A DNA stretch of 63,751 nucleotides, the filler included, from Octopus bimaculoides (taxonomy: Eukaryota): NCBI RefSeq assembly GCF_001194135.2. It is 4 parts of 4 records of this genome, joined end to end, with 100 filler letters (N's around TTAATTAATTAA, not from the genome) between each part and the next. Parts side by side here need not be neighbours in the genome. Positions count along the whole stretch, not along the records: positions 38,680 to 63,751 come from NC_068991.1; 3 more parts are not named here. One strand, written 5' to 3'. Below are positions 51,417 through 63,751 of the stretch, piece after piece. Positions within the stretch are counted from its first letter, which is position 1. Each line of letters starts with the position of its first letter. A program made the translations under genes and the position numbers. The notes under the pieces are model-generated. The model did not search any database. It worked only from the letters and a program-made list of their open reading frames with translations, and had not been told where the DNA came from.

Positions 51417-52493
51417 TATGTCAATGGGGGGAGTATGGATATTTATATACATATATATGCATATATACGTATCGACGAATCGAGAGACAGAAAAGAAAGT
51501 AGTGACACACAGACGGGTAGAGAGAGAGAGAAAGATAAACGCAGAGAGGAGGAAGCGGGGGAGGAAGAAAAGGATGAACTCTAGAGAACTGTTTCCAATA
51601 TTCTGTGTTCGGTGCTTTCTATTTTGGAACTTCTAGGAAATGGACAGGTTAGAACAGGAATAAATGACCGTATTGAACGAAGGATTACTGCACAGGACGT
51701 ATGGAGAAAGATAATGCCGTATAGATAATTTTACGCTTATTCTTCGCTACCTTTATAAGGGATACTTTATTCTCATATACATACGGGTATGTATACAAAC
51801 ACATATATATAAATTATATAATATATGATATATATATATTATATAATATATAACATATATATATATNNNNNNNNNNNNNNNNNNNNNNNNNNNNNNNNNN
51901 NNNNNNNNNNNNNNNNNNNNNNNNNNNNNNNNNNNNNNNNNNNNNNNNNNNNNNNNNNNNNNNNNNNNNNNNNNNNNNNNNNNNNNNNNNNNNNNNNNNN
52001 NNNNNNNNNNNNNNNNNNNNNNNNNNNNNNNNNNNNNNNNNNNNNNNNNNNNNNNNNNNNNNNNNNNNNNNNNNNNNNNNNNNNNNNNNNNNNNNNNNNN
52101 NNNNNNNNNNNNNNNNNNNNNNNNNNNNNNNNNNNNNNNNNNNNNNNNNNNNNNNNNNNNNNNNNNNNNNNNNNNNNNNNNNNNNNNNNNNNNNNNNNNN
52201 NNNNNNNNNNNNNNNNNNNNNNNNNNNNNNNNNNNNNNNNNNNNNNNNNNNNNNNNNNNNNNNNNNNNNNNNNNNNNNNNNNNNNNNNNNNNNNNNNNNN
52301 NNNNNNNNNNNNNNNNNNNNNNNNNNNNNNNNNNNNNNNNNNNNNNNNNNNNNNNNNNNNNNNNNNNNNNNNNNNNNNNNNNNNNNNNNNNNNNNNNNNN
52401 NNNNNNNNNNNNNNNNNNNNNNNNNNNNNNNNNNNNNNNNNNNNNNNNNNNNNNNNNNNNNNNNNNNNNNNNNNNNNNNNNNNNNNNNNNNNN

Positions 52494-52567
<74 letters not shown>

Positions 52568-54771
52568 TCTCTCTCTGTGCGCGTGTGTTTGTGTGTGCGT
52601 GTGTGTGTAGACTTCGTAGTATTGGTATGACTAGCTTTCCCGTGAAGACCAAACACATGACTTTCTATATAAACCTGCATCCACTCGTCCGATGTATATT
52701 TCCCGTAAGTAATTCTTATTCGCCTTGCTTAGCAATCCTGAGAGTTTTCTGATATCGATCTAACCAACGTACAATATCGTTCGCAATGCTAGAAATAGTA
52801 GTCAAATTCATGCAAATAACAACGGCCTCGCTTGAAAAGCCAAAGCAAGAGCCGAAAGTATTATTCTGTTTATACCGAAATGGTTACAAGAATCGTTTCT
52901 CTGATTATGGGCGACCAAGTTGGAAAAGTAACAGTCTTACAAATTCCAATTAACTATGAACTATGCTTAGTCACCCACCGCAAACATCTTATACTTGGGG
53001 AAAAACGAATGTATAGCGCGTGTGATTATTTTATAGAGAAAGAAAGAAAAAATGAACATAACTAAATGGAATATATGTTTCAACACGCGGTTTCACATCA
53101 AGAATCCTTTAACACAAGTTCATAAGCATGTATGTTTGTGTTTGTGTGTTGTATCGTGAGGGTGTGTAATTTTAATAGTTACAATCTATTGGCGGAATTG
53201 ATGGAGCATCGGATGGGATGTATATATATATATATATATNNNNNNNNNNNNNNNNNNNNNNNNNNNNNNNNNNNNNNNNNNNNNNNNNNNNNNNNNNNNN
53301 NNNNNNNNNNNNNNNNNNNNNNNNNNNNNNNNNNNNNNNNNNNNNNNNNNNNNNNNNNNNNNNNNNNNNNNNNNNNNNNNNNNNNNNNNNNNNNNNNNNN
53401 NNNNNNNNNNNNNNNNNNNNNNNNNNNNNNNNNNNNNNNNNNNNNNNNNNNNNNNNNNNNNNNNNNNNNNNNNNNNNNNNNNNNNNNNNNNNNNNNNNNN
53501 NNNNNNNNNNNNNNNNNNNNNNNNNNNNNNNNNNNNNNNNNNNNNNNNNNNNNNNNNNNNNNNNNNNNNNNNNNNNNNNNNNNNNNNNNNNNNNNNNNNN
53601 NNNNNNNNNNNNNNNNNNNNNNNNNNNNNNNNNNNNNNNNNNNNNNNNNNNNNNNNNNNNNNNNNNNNATATATATATATATATATATATATACATTTTC
53701 TTTACACTCTATCACTTATTTAGTACCTTTCTCTCTCTTCCTCTCTCTCTCTCTTTCTTCCCCCTCTCTCATTTTCTATAATTTCAATGTCATTTATATT
53801 CGCTGTCTTATTTTGTTTCTGGATATCATTCTGACGCTCAGACATACACACACATATACACAAAAACATAATGTGACATGTACACACATATACACACTAG
53901 AATCTTTCCGTTTCTTCTCGTCATTTCGTCTTCCATACAGCGTTTCTCAAACACATCTTATATTTTATGTCTCTCACCTCTACTCATCTTCATTCTCCAC
54001 CCCCTCTTATTCACTATCACACTCACTTCCTCCAGCTAGCTCGCTTTCTATTCTTTACCCTCTCTGTATCTATGTCTTTCCTTCCGACAATCTCTGCTGT
54101 GTCTCTCTTTCTGTATCGTTTCACCATTTCACCGCCATTTTTACCTCAGCCACGACCGCCGTCCCCATCGACCTATCTTCTCGATCTACGCTATCACTTT
54201 CCTGACACTATCTCACCTTTCATTTCCTTCCATCTCAATCAAACACAGACACACAACCAGCCAAACACACAAACACCAACACAGGTTTGGAAGAAACTTT
54301 ATCGAATATCTAATGAAAATTTGATAAGCAGTCGAGTTAAACGGATAACAGAGCATTTCGTTATATTTAATCAACTTTATCGTAATGTACTTTTAATCCA
54401 CTTAATAGATTTTATGCACAAGGGTCTTAAGGAGAAAATTGATTCCCTCCACCTCTACATTCCAAATGTAGACTTGTAGACGCGCTCCCCGCCTCGCTCT
54501 ATCTCTTCCTTTCTATTTCATTATCTATTTATCTATCTATTTGTCTATCTATCAACCTATCTTTCTTTCTTTCTTTCTTTCTTTTTTTATATATTTCACT
54601 TTCGCTCCTTCACACAGATATCTACCTATCTCGAAGATGCGAAGTCCACTATCTTTCTATGCAACAAGAAATGTATTTACATCTATTCTTGTCGAATTTT
54701 CTTTCTTTCTATCTATCTATCTATCTATCTATCTATCGATTGATCGATATGTCTATCTATCTATCTAATAG

Positions 54772-54845
<74 letters not shown>

Positions 54846-55773
54846 NNNNNNNNNNNNNNNNNNNNNNNNNNNNNNNNNNNNNNNNNNNNNNNNNNNNNNN
54901 NNNNNNNNNNNNNNNNNNNNNNNNNNNNNNNNNNNNNNNNNNNNNNNNNNNNNNNNNNNNNNNNNNNNNNNNNNNNNNNNNNNNNNNNNNNNNNNNNNNN
55001 NNNNNNNNNNNNNNNNNNNNNNNNNNNNNNNNNNNNNNNNNNNNNNNNNNNNNNNNNNNNNNNNNNNNNNNNNNNNNNNNNNNNNNNNNNNNNNNNNNNN
55101 NNNNNNNNNNNNNNNNNNNNNNNNNNNNNNNNNNNNNNNNNNNNNNNNNNNNNNNNNNNNNNNNNNNNNNNNNNNNNNNNNNNNNNNNNNNNNNNNNNNN
55201 NNNNNNNNNNNNNNNNNNNNNNNNNNNNNNNNNNNNNNNNNNNNNNNNNNNNNNNNNNNNNNNNNNNNNNNNNNNNNNNNNNNNNNNNNNNNNNNNNNNN
55301 NNNNNNNNNNNNNNNNNNNNNNNNNNNNNNNNNNNNNNNNNNNNNNNNNNNNNNNNNNNNNNNNNNNNNNNNNNNNNNNNNNNNNNNNNNNNNNNNNNNN
55401 NNNNNNNNNNNNNNNNNNNNNNNNNNNNNNNNNNNNNNNNNNNNNNNNNNNNNNNNNNNNNNNNNNNNNNNNNNNNNNNNNNNNNNNNNNNNNNNNNNNN
55501 NNNNNNNNNNNNNNNNNNNNNNNNNNNNNNNNNNNNNNNNNNNNNNNNNNNNNNNNNNNNNNNNNNNNNNNNNNNNNNNNNNNNNNNNNNNNNNNNNNNN
55601 NNNNNNNNNNNNNNNNNNNNNNNNNNNNNNNNNNNNNNNNNNNNNNNNNNNNNNNNNNNNNNNNNNNNNNNNNNNNNNNNNNNNNNNNNNNNNNNNNNNN
55701 NNNNNNNNNNNNNNNNNNNNNNNNNNNNNNNNNNNNNNNNNNNNNNNNNNNNNNNNNNNNNNNNNNNNNNNNN

Positions 55774-55832
<59 letters not shown>

Positions 55833-56562
55833 CACACACAGAGACACACACACGCATTTCTATACTCATTCGTAATTTATACACATATATATTATATTTA
55901 TGTGCAGAAGTATACATATATATGTAAGTAGACAGACAGACAGACAGACAGATCGGCAGACAGATAGCTAGCTAGGTAGATACATACATACACATACATA
56001 CATACATACATACATACATACATACATACATACATACATACATGCATAGAAAGATAGATAGATGGATGGATGGATAACGAAATCTTTTCTCATAGGTCTC
56101 CTTTGATGCATACGTGTGGGCGTCTGTGCGTTGGAAACAGTCGTGTTGCACGTTCTATGTGGAAGCATTCAGGTTTTATATATAGGAATCGACGTATAAC
56201 GGTGTCTTTACATTTGCACGCATGATTTAGTTATCTGCTCAACTTCTTGACATAGATATCCAGTTCCCTATTCCATATTCATTAAGTCTCTCTCTCGCTC
56301 TCTCGCTCTCTCACTCTCTATTTCTTTCTGTCACTGCACCTCTCTTTGTACTTCTCTCTCTCCCTCTCTCCACTCTCTCTAACACACACACATTCACAAA
56401 TAGGTATATGTTCATACATACATATAAATATATATATACATATATATAAACATATATATTCAGACATATATACACACATATATGCATAAATGAATCTACG
56501 TATGTCGGTGAATATCAGTCTACGTCTGCATATGTATATATACATGCGTATATATATATATA

Positions 56563-56621
<59 letters not shown>

Positions 56622-57149
56622 GTCAATATATGCGTGTGTGTGTGTGTGTGTGTATCAATATATATATTTATATAGATATATATGTATATATGTGAGTGTG
56701 TGACTTCATATTATATATATATATATACATGAACAGACAGACACACATTTATCTATAAATTCGTACTAGGATGTCACTCCTTCACCCACTTTCATTGTTA
56801 GACCAAGTGCACTACCTGCAGAACACCTACAGATTCCCATTAAGTGCAATATCTGCAATTTACAGCTGCAAATTACCTCGTAGATTCGATAATGTCGATC
56901 AGAGAATTCCAGCTATTTCAGTAGTTTCCTGTTCTCCCTTTTCTCTTCGACTTTTCTTTCGATATGGAATTTGCATATTTTATTGGGACCACGACGTTGA
57001 GGATTTTGACTTATAATTGTGAACTTACATTTGAAAATCTGTCATACACACGCAGACACATATGTCTGCATGTCTGTGTCTGAACATAGATTGTTTTGCC
57101 AGAGCAGAAGACACAATTACAGCATCAATAATAATAATCCAATGCGTGA

Positions 57150-57337
57150 AATTCGAAGGGAGGGGCCAGTTGATTAGATGGATTCCAGTGCACAACTGGT
57201 ACTTAGTTTATCGACACCGAAAAAAAATGAAAGGCATAGTTGACATCGACGGAATTTGAACTCAGAACGTAGTGACGGGTGACATACAGCTAAGTATTTT
57301 GTCCAGTGTACTAGCGATTCTGCCAGCTCGCCGCTTT
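57150..57337 (-). mobile_element. SINE family B
   Basis: caactggtacttagtttatcgacaccg...gacggaatttgaactcagaacgtag...gccagctcgccgc. Confidence 0.8.
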
Positions 57338-57374
57338 AATGATAACAGCAACACCAATAATAATATAAAGGAAT

Positions 57375-57580
57375 ATAAAGGAAATTGGAATAGAGTGCCC
57401 AGTACAACTGTTACAAAAGGTTTGCCTTCTTGGCACGGCCAGAATAATCAGTAAAGTATTAGATAGCTGAAAAGAACGAATAGCATGGTGCCGTAGGCTG
57501 CAGGTCGTAAGCCCGCTACGTATGCAAGGCTCCAGGAGCTCCAACAAAACCAGTGATGAAGAGATAATAATAATAGTATC
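57375..57580 (+). mobile_element. 3' end of an RLE-type (R4/Dong-like) non-LTR retrotransposon
   Basis: IKEIGIECPVQLLQKVCLLGTARIISKVLDS* matches the LQKxxLLGTARIxRKVL C-terminus. It has a short 3'UTR and (TAA)n on both sides. Confidence 0.65.
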
Positions 57581-58539
57581 AACATTTATATAATAGATGT
57601 ATGTTGATAATACAAAGGTGATATTTCGAGGAGGAACTGTGGAGTGAATCTCCTGAATGTCCCTAACCCCGACGCTGGTGGGGTTTTTTCATCTCAGAAT
57701 ACCTTTATTCTTGTTACGTGTTTGCAATATTGCATTTCCCATTCTTTTTTTAATGCTCATTTCATACACAATTTCTTTTCCTGTTCTACATTCCTTTTAT
57801 CAAAACGTTTTTTTCATTACTATATGTATTTCCATTTATCTGATAACGTGTTCTGCTACATATTTCTGGAAATCTACTGCTGTTATCTTGTACCATTTTT
57901 CCCCAGCAATTGCAGTAAACTTGTGATAGATTTTCCTTTCATTAAATTATAGCATTATTTTGTTTCATAAATAAGAACTTTTCTAAAGGTTTCTATTACG
58001 ATTCTTCTCTGTCTCGCAGTTGTTTATTATCCATGCACGTCCGTTCGTCGTCGACATCGTCCCGTAAAACACAAATACCTCCAAGAAATCTCCGTGGAAT
58101 CAAAATAAATCTAAAGCATAACACAATCTAAATGATTTTTAGCATGTATTTCTGCCATAAATACTTATTTCATTTATGTTTATGTTGTTTTACATTACAG
58201 TTTGATGCAGTTTTCTGTCGTCATCATAATCTTTTCCATATAAACGTCGGCCATATCTTTTAAATCACAACGGTTTTTTTTTCTTTATGTAGCAATACAT
58301 TATTTATTATTATTATTATTGGCAAAAGAAAATGGATATTAAGAATTAGGGTTACGCTAAGGTCCTAGAAGCTGAGTTTGGGCAGGTGGGGCGAGACATT
58401 ATAAGCAACTCCTTTCAGTGAGTTGAAAAGTATGGAAGTGGCAGACCTATGCCAAATCTCTACAATTCCATCACTGATTATAATAGACTCTTAATATATC
58501 AACATTATGAAGAGAAATTAAGGCGGAAAGCAGGCAGAA

Positions 58540-58935
58540 TGGTTAGTGTAGCACAGAAAATGATACACGGCATTTCATCCATATCTACGTTCCGAGTTCA
58601 AATTCTGGCGAAGTCCATTATGGACTGCACGCTTTCAGGGTCGATGAAATAAATACCTGTTAAACCATGAGGTCCATGTTATTGACTTCCCCACTCCCCT
58701 AAAATTTCCGGCCTTGTGCCTATAATTGAATGCCTTGTTCAGAGAAGTTAAGGCGGGGAAATGGTTGAAACGTTGGCGTATCGGAAAATATGCTTCGCAG
58801 TATTTTGTCCTCGTTTACTTTCTGAGTTCAAATTCCGACCAGGCCGATTTGCTTTCCATCCTTTCTTGTACTTGGGACGATATAAGCAATTAGCCCCACA
58901 TCACCTAAACTTTCAGTCAGTGTGCTTATAGTAGA
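58540..58935 (+). mobile_element. Two tandem diverged SINE family B copies
   Basis: gttccgagttcaaattctggcg (58590) and ttctgagttcaaattccgacc (58820), each with a ..gtgc(c/t)tata tail. Confidence 0.7.
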
Positions 58936-59048
58936 CAGGATTATTAAATGTTGATGAACTGGTCAAAATTATTACCATGCCGGACAAAATGGTAAGCATT
59001 TCTCACAGTTTTTTTACGATCTTTGTTTAAATTCTGCCGCGACATAGA

Positions 59049-59085
<37 letters not shown>

Positions 59086-59091
59086 TTATAC

Positions 59092-59142
<51 letters not shown>

Positions 59143-59164
59143 GACCTACACCTGTTGCCATTGG

Positions 59165-59204
<40 letters not shown>

Positions 59205-59874
59205 TCACAAACACACACACACACATGCACATTCTCACACACTATACAAACTGTTGCGTGCCTCTTTATATATATTGTGACATGAAATTAAAGTTTCCAC
59301 GTGACTCATGAGACTAGACTGAAGCTAAATACTTCTATACAGAAGCGAATTGAAATACTCATGACATCTCTTGTAATAAAATTATTAAAGATTTGCTGTA
59401 TTCTACGAGTCCGTCTCTTTCTGTTTCTGTATGTCTCTAAGTGTCTGTAAGTATGTGAGTGATTTTGCGTTCATGAAATCTTCTCGCTTTTAGCATGACG
59501 GTTTTCATATATACAATTATTCTTGCTATGTCCCATTATTTCTGATTTAAGCACATTCTCTCTCTCAACCTCTCTCTCTCTATCTCCTCTGGCTCGGAAA
59601 TTTGGTTAGAGGCTGCAAACCCAGGTCCAAAAACTTTTACAAACAAGGTCTTGTTTGTTTGTTTGTTTTTTTTTTTGTTTTTATTATTATTTTGGTTCTT
59701 TGTTCCTTCAAGCTCCTTTTTATAGATCTCGTTTTATTCACTGTTTCACAAACCTGAGGTAAGTAAGTAGGGGTGCTTTGATTTTGCCACAAAAATTCTA
59801 GGACTTGCACCCCCTGAACCCCGTGCTCCTGAGAGTGCTTTCTTTCTCTCTTACTCCCTATTTTGCTACCTCTA

Positions 59875-59908
<34 letters not shown>

Positions 59909-59922
59909 TCTCCCTCTCTCTC

Positions 59923-59980
<58 letters not shown>

Positions 59981-61064
59981 ATGTCTACCAGGAAGCCTAT
60001 AACAGAAAAGGTTCGATCTAAATCCACTTTTAATGGCGTATAATTGACTGAGAATGCAATGCTTTCCCCCACCGCACTGAACTGGACGCTAGTCCATCGA
60101 AATGTTAACTCCCTAGCTATTACTGGAAGTCATTTACAGCTAATTTAGGAGAGGTGGAGTAACGTAAATAGTAGTGTCACTCCCATATATTCTCGCACCT
60201 CTGACTGTGCACAGGCAACTGCTGATTTCAGCTCACATCTGCCTCACATACAACGGCCACAATGTCACATTGGTGACGTCGTGAACACATACGTTTGACC
60301 CAGAATCAGCAATATGCTTCTGTTTCGGGTATGGGCCAATCTATTACGATTTTCTGTATACTATGGGCCTAGCTAACAAAAAAGCAAAAAAAAAAACAAA
60401 AAAATTCTTAATGTCTTTTAAAATAAATTTCTTTACCTCCCAGCATGGCAGAAGTCTTCATCGACTAAATCAAGATGCTATCTACACAAGTTTTCACATC
60501 GAGGGGCAGGAACGGTGTGAAATATAGCGGTGGGATTTTCTCAGGTTTGGGGCAACATGTAAATTAACCATATCTTTAAATCTGCTGGCTGCCAAAGAGT
60601 CGCTGTACTACAAACACAAATGCAACAAGAGATGCTTTCCGACAAAACAAATACTCTTCATCAAAGATCCACGGTGCTCAGTCACAAAGATGGCTATCAT
60701 CATGACAATAGGTAAAACAAAAAAAAATTTACCATTCCTAGGTGTGATGTCAGATTTTAGCGTTTCTGTAAATCCGGCGATTCTTCGTCATTCATAGAAT
60801 TACATATTGGTTCTCTTGCATTAAATTTCGAGAATCTTATGGCGTCTTTTATTTCTCTTCTGGTGTATTTCTTTCTGTTTTTTACATAATCATCATCATC
60901 ATCATCATTATCAGTATTTTTTTATAATTACTACAAATTGTATTAGTATTAGCGTAATCATCATCATCATCGTTGTCGTCGTCTTTGTCGCCGTCATAAT
61001 TATAATCAACTCTGCACATATGTATATGCATGTGAGTGTGTGACTGTATGTGTGATGTGTGGGC

Positions 61065-61101
<37 letters not shown>

Positions 61102-61294
61102 TTGTATGTGTTTGAACCGTGTGTCTGCTGTGTGTTATATGTGCGCATATTGCGTGTAAAAAAAAATGAAACAAAATTTATTAAAGAGATGTAATAGAGA
61201 GATTACTCATTCGTTCAAATCAAATGATTCACACGAGGGAATCACCAGCGAGAACAACTCTGTATATATGTGTGTGTGTGTATGCATACATATG

Positions 61295-61359
<65 letters not shown>

Positions 61360-61984
61360 GTATATATGTTTATGTGTGTGTATGCCTAAATGTATGTCTA
61401 TATGTTCATATATATATATATGTGTGTGTGTGTATGAGTTTGTGTGTATGTGTGCATTTGTGTATGTGAGAGAGAGAGAGTGTGTATGTATGTGTATGTG
61501 TATGTGTATGTGTTTGTGCGTGTGTGTGTGTGTGTGTTTGTCCGTCTGTCTATATGTGTGTTTATTTATAAATTAAACATCTAATATTAAGTCGATGTAA
61601 TTCTAAAGTGTTTGTGATCGTAAGTGGAAAGCCTGATGGAATTATAAACCGAATAGGCATCTGTTCTTGCTTCGACATTAATTCAATAGTACGTCAGAAT
61701 ATTTGTGTTAATTTGTTTAATTAATTGATTGGTTAATGTTAAGTTTGTTACTTCATTAGTTAGAACGATTTTGTCAATCTACCATATGTTAATAGCTGTT
61801 ATCTCTAATTTGAAATTGCCGACGAGCATATAGCTGTTGGACCGTATTAATGGAGATCATAAATCTACGTCCCTTCGTTGATCACGGTTGATAGTGGTGC
61901 GTATTCGTTTTGAAGTGACATCGTCAGGTCCAGTTCTAGAGAAGGATTTTTTTCTTTTTTTATTCCTTTATTACCAGGACGCTT

Positions 61985-62150
61985 TTGAGGATTATGGGCT
62001 CACATACGTCGGATTTCATATACAAACAAGCACTCAGTGACTGCGAAGCTTCCTATTATTTGTTCCATTCAGGAGCATCAGCTTAGATTGTTTGGTCATC
62101 TAGCTTGATTTTTCAAGTTAGATTTGGCTAAGGCGAGGATCCGTGTTGGT
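61985..62150 (+). mobile_element. Decayed RTE LINE C-terminal fragment
   Basis: RIMGSHTSDF and IQEHQLRLFGHLA* resemble RIMGYxWxDF and IRERQLRLFGHxAR. Confidence 0.55.
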
Positions 62151-62269
62151 CAGCCAATTGTCTTGAGGTCACAGCGGATGAGGAAATATTTCGCTGAGAT
62201 AAGAAGTAACTAGTAACAGTAGAATGATGAATGACAGTTAAGCGAGACCCCAGCTGCTCAGTGTATATT

Positions 62270-62482
62270 TATTTCTTTATTGCCTACATAGAGGGGACAA
62301 GCAAGGGATTAAGTCAATTAGATCGACTCTAATACGTAACTGGTACTTATTTAATCGATCCCGAAAGGATGAAAGGCAAAATCGAATTCGGCGGAATTTG
62401 AACTCAGAACGTAACGACAGACGAAATACCGCTCAGCATTTCGCCCGGCGTGCTAACAATTCTACCAACTCACCAGCATTGG
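62270..62482 (-). mobile_element. SINE family B with a 12-bp TSD
   Basis: tcagtgtatatt occurs at 62258-62269 and 62483-62494. Confidence 0.85.
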
Positions 62483-62537
62483 TCAGTGTATATTGAGATA
62501 TGTAGCGTTCTTATTTAGTAATGCATATAAAGTCTTT

Positions 62538-62728
62538 GAACGGGGGTGATTTGGCAGAAACTTTAGCGCACCGGGAGAAATGCTTAGCGGTGTTTCATCT
62601 GTCTTTCCGTTCTGAGTTCAAATTCCGCCGCAGTCGACTTTGCGTGTCATCCTTTCAAGGTATCGACGTAATCGACTTAACCCCTCTCCTCGAAATTACT
62701 GGCCTTGTGTCAAAATTTGAAACAAATA
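62538..62728 (+). mobile_element. SINE family B, inverted relative to 62270-62482
   Basis: aatgcttagcggtgtttcatctgtctttccgttctgagttcaaattccgccg...ggccttgtgtcaaaatttgaaac. Confidence 0.8.
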
Positions 62729-63751
62729 TTTTTGGGTCTTACTCCACCCATAATGTTCCAACATTTTCTTGTTACCATTTATTTCTCAACTGCTGTAGCC
62801 CGTTTTGTTTTTGTTGTTCCATTTTTCCTTATCCGATTTTTGGCCGTTGTTGTTGGTGGTGGTGGTGGTGTTGTTGTTGTTGTTGTTGTTGTTATCGATA
62901 GTAGAATGAGAAATATAACGTAAATGACGTCCATCATAGGAACCTGAAGCGTCAACAGCGGAGAAAACAAAAGTGGAGATACAATACACAAGCAACCATG
63001 ACAAAAATCTATTCTTCTCAAACCAGATGAGATCAACCTCTTTGTTTTTATTCCTTGTAATATTTGCTATGTTAATCTATTTCTATTGTTGTTAATATTG
63101 TTGTTGTGGCTGTATTTGTTGCCATCTATCTGCTTATTCTGTTCCGCTGATACGATTACTAATCCCTCAAGTGGTTTACAACGTTACTTCTTTTATCTCA
63201 CAATTCCCCACTTCATATTTATTTACTGTACTTTGTCTATATATATTTATCTATTATATTCATTTCCGTATACTGACAACCACATTCAAGTGGGCCCATG
63301 AACGCCGCTTGGCCTCCTTCATTTAATGTAAATCAGTTTGAGGTGAGCCAGCAGTTAAAATCATCTACAGGACTATATATCTACACACACAGCTCCATAC
63401 ATGCTTTGGACTTGCACACGTTTCCAAAGAACAATGGTTGATATTTGGAAGGGAATTTCGTTGCTTTAATTTTGCCATGGGACTTCGGTAATCTCATATC
63501 AGAACACAGCGTGGTTTCATTAGAGTACGTATTTCTGCAAAGGTACGTGTACGTGGGCAGAGGTGTATGCGGGGTTCTGTGCGGGTTGGTGCCGGTGATG
63601 GTGTGTCTGGGTCCATGCGTATATGCACATACATGGTAATGCACTTGTCTCTACGCATGTATGCTTATGTATATGTATACATGCAAGTAAATTGAGATGA
63701 GAACACAAATATGTATATATATATACATACATATATATATATATATATATA

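Noticed and set aside
52665-52710. TATA box followed by ccc|gtaagt donor
   Set aside because: Such short motifs are frequent in AT-rich DNA, and no linked downstream exon could be established.
54284-54479. 65 open codons (VWKKLYRISNENL...IPNVDL*)
   Set aside because: There is no pyrimidine-rich acceptor and no recognisable family; an open stretch of this length can occur by chance in 60 kb.
43361-55931. Long ORFs of 150-420 aa in the ORF track
   Set aside because: They are runs of X across N gaps flanked by microsatellite translations (YIYI, HTHT, CVCV, ERER).

Overview
This is AT-rich eukaryotic genomic DNA from a gappy draft assembly. The SINE, LINE and microsatellite content matches what I recall of Octopus (O. 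bimaculoides-like); the species call is an inference. One protein-coding gene is well supported. It lies on the minus strand, with three phase-compatible exons (8800-8919, 5943-6012, 4302-5392), and encodes a Ser/acid-rich N-terminus followed by a divergent HECT-like domain held in one 1.09-kb exon. A second probable gene is a plus-strand exon at about 30513-30876 that encodes the tail of a signal peptide plus a single Cys-bracketed Ig-like domain, followed by a stop and AATAAA. The rest is repeats: three tRNA-derived SINE families (one dimeric copy with a 17-bp TSD), fragments of RTE, CR1/L2 and R4/Dong-like LINEs, mariner, piggyBac-type and Chapaev3-like non-autonomous DNA elements, three Penelope-like termini carrying degenerate minimal hammerhead ribozyme motifs, hairpins, a 43-bp minisatellite and abundant microsatellites. 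Three 100-bp N44-TTAATTAATTAA-N44 spacers mark artificial scaffold joins (16720, 29114, 38580), so continuity across them is uncertain. No rRNA, genuine tRNA or CRISPR array was seen. All family assignments come from motif recognition, not database searches.
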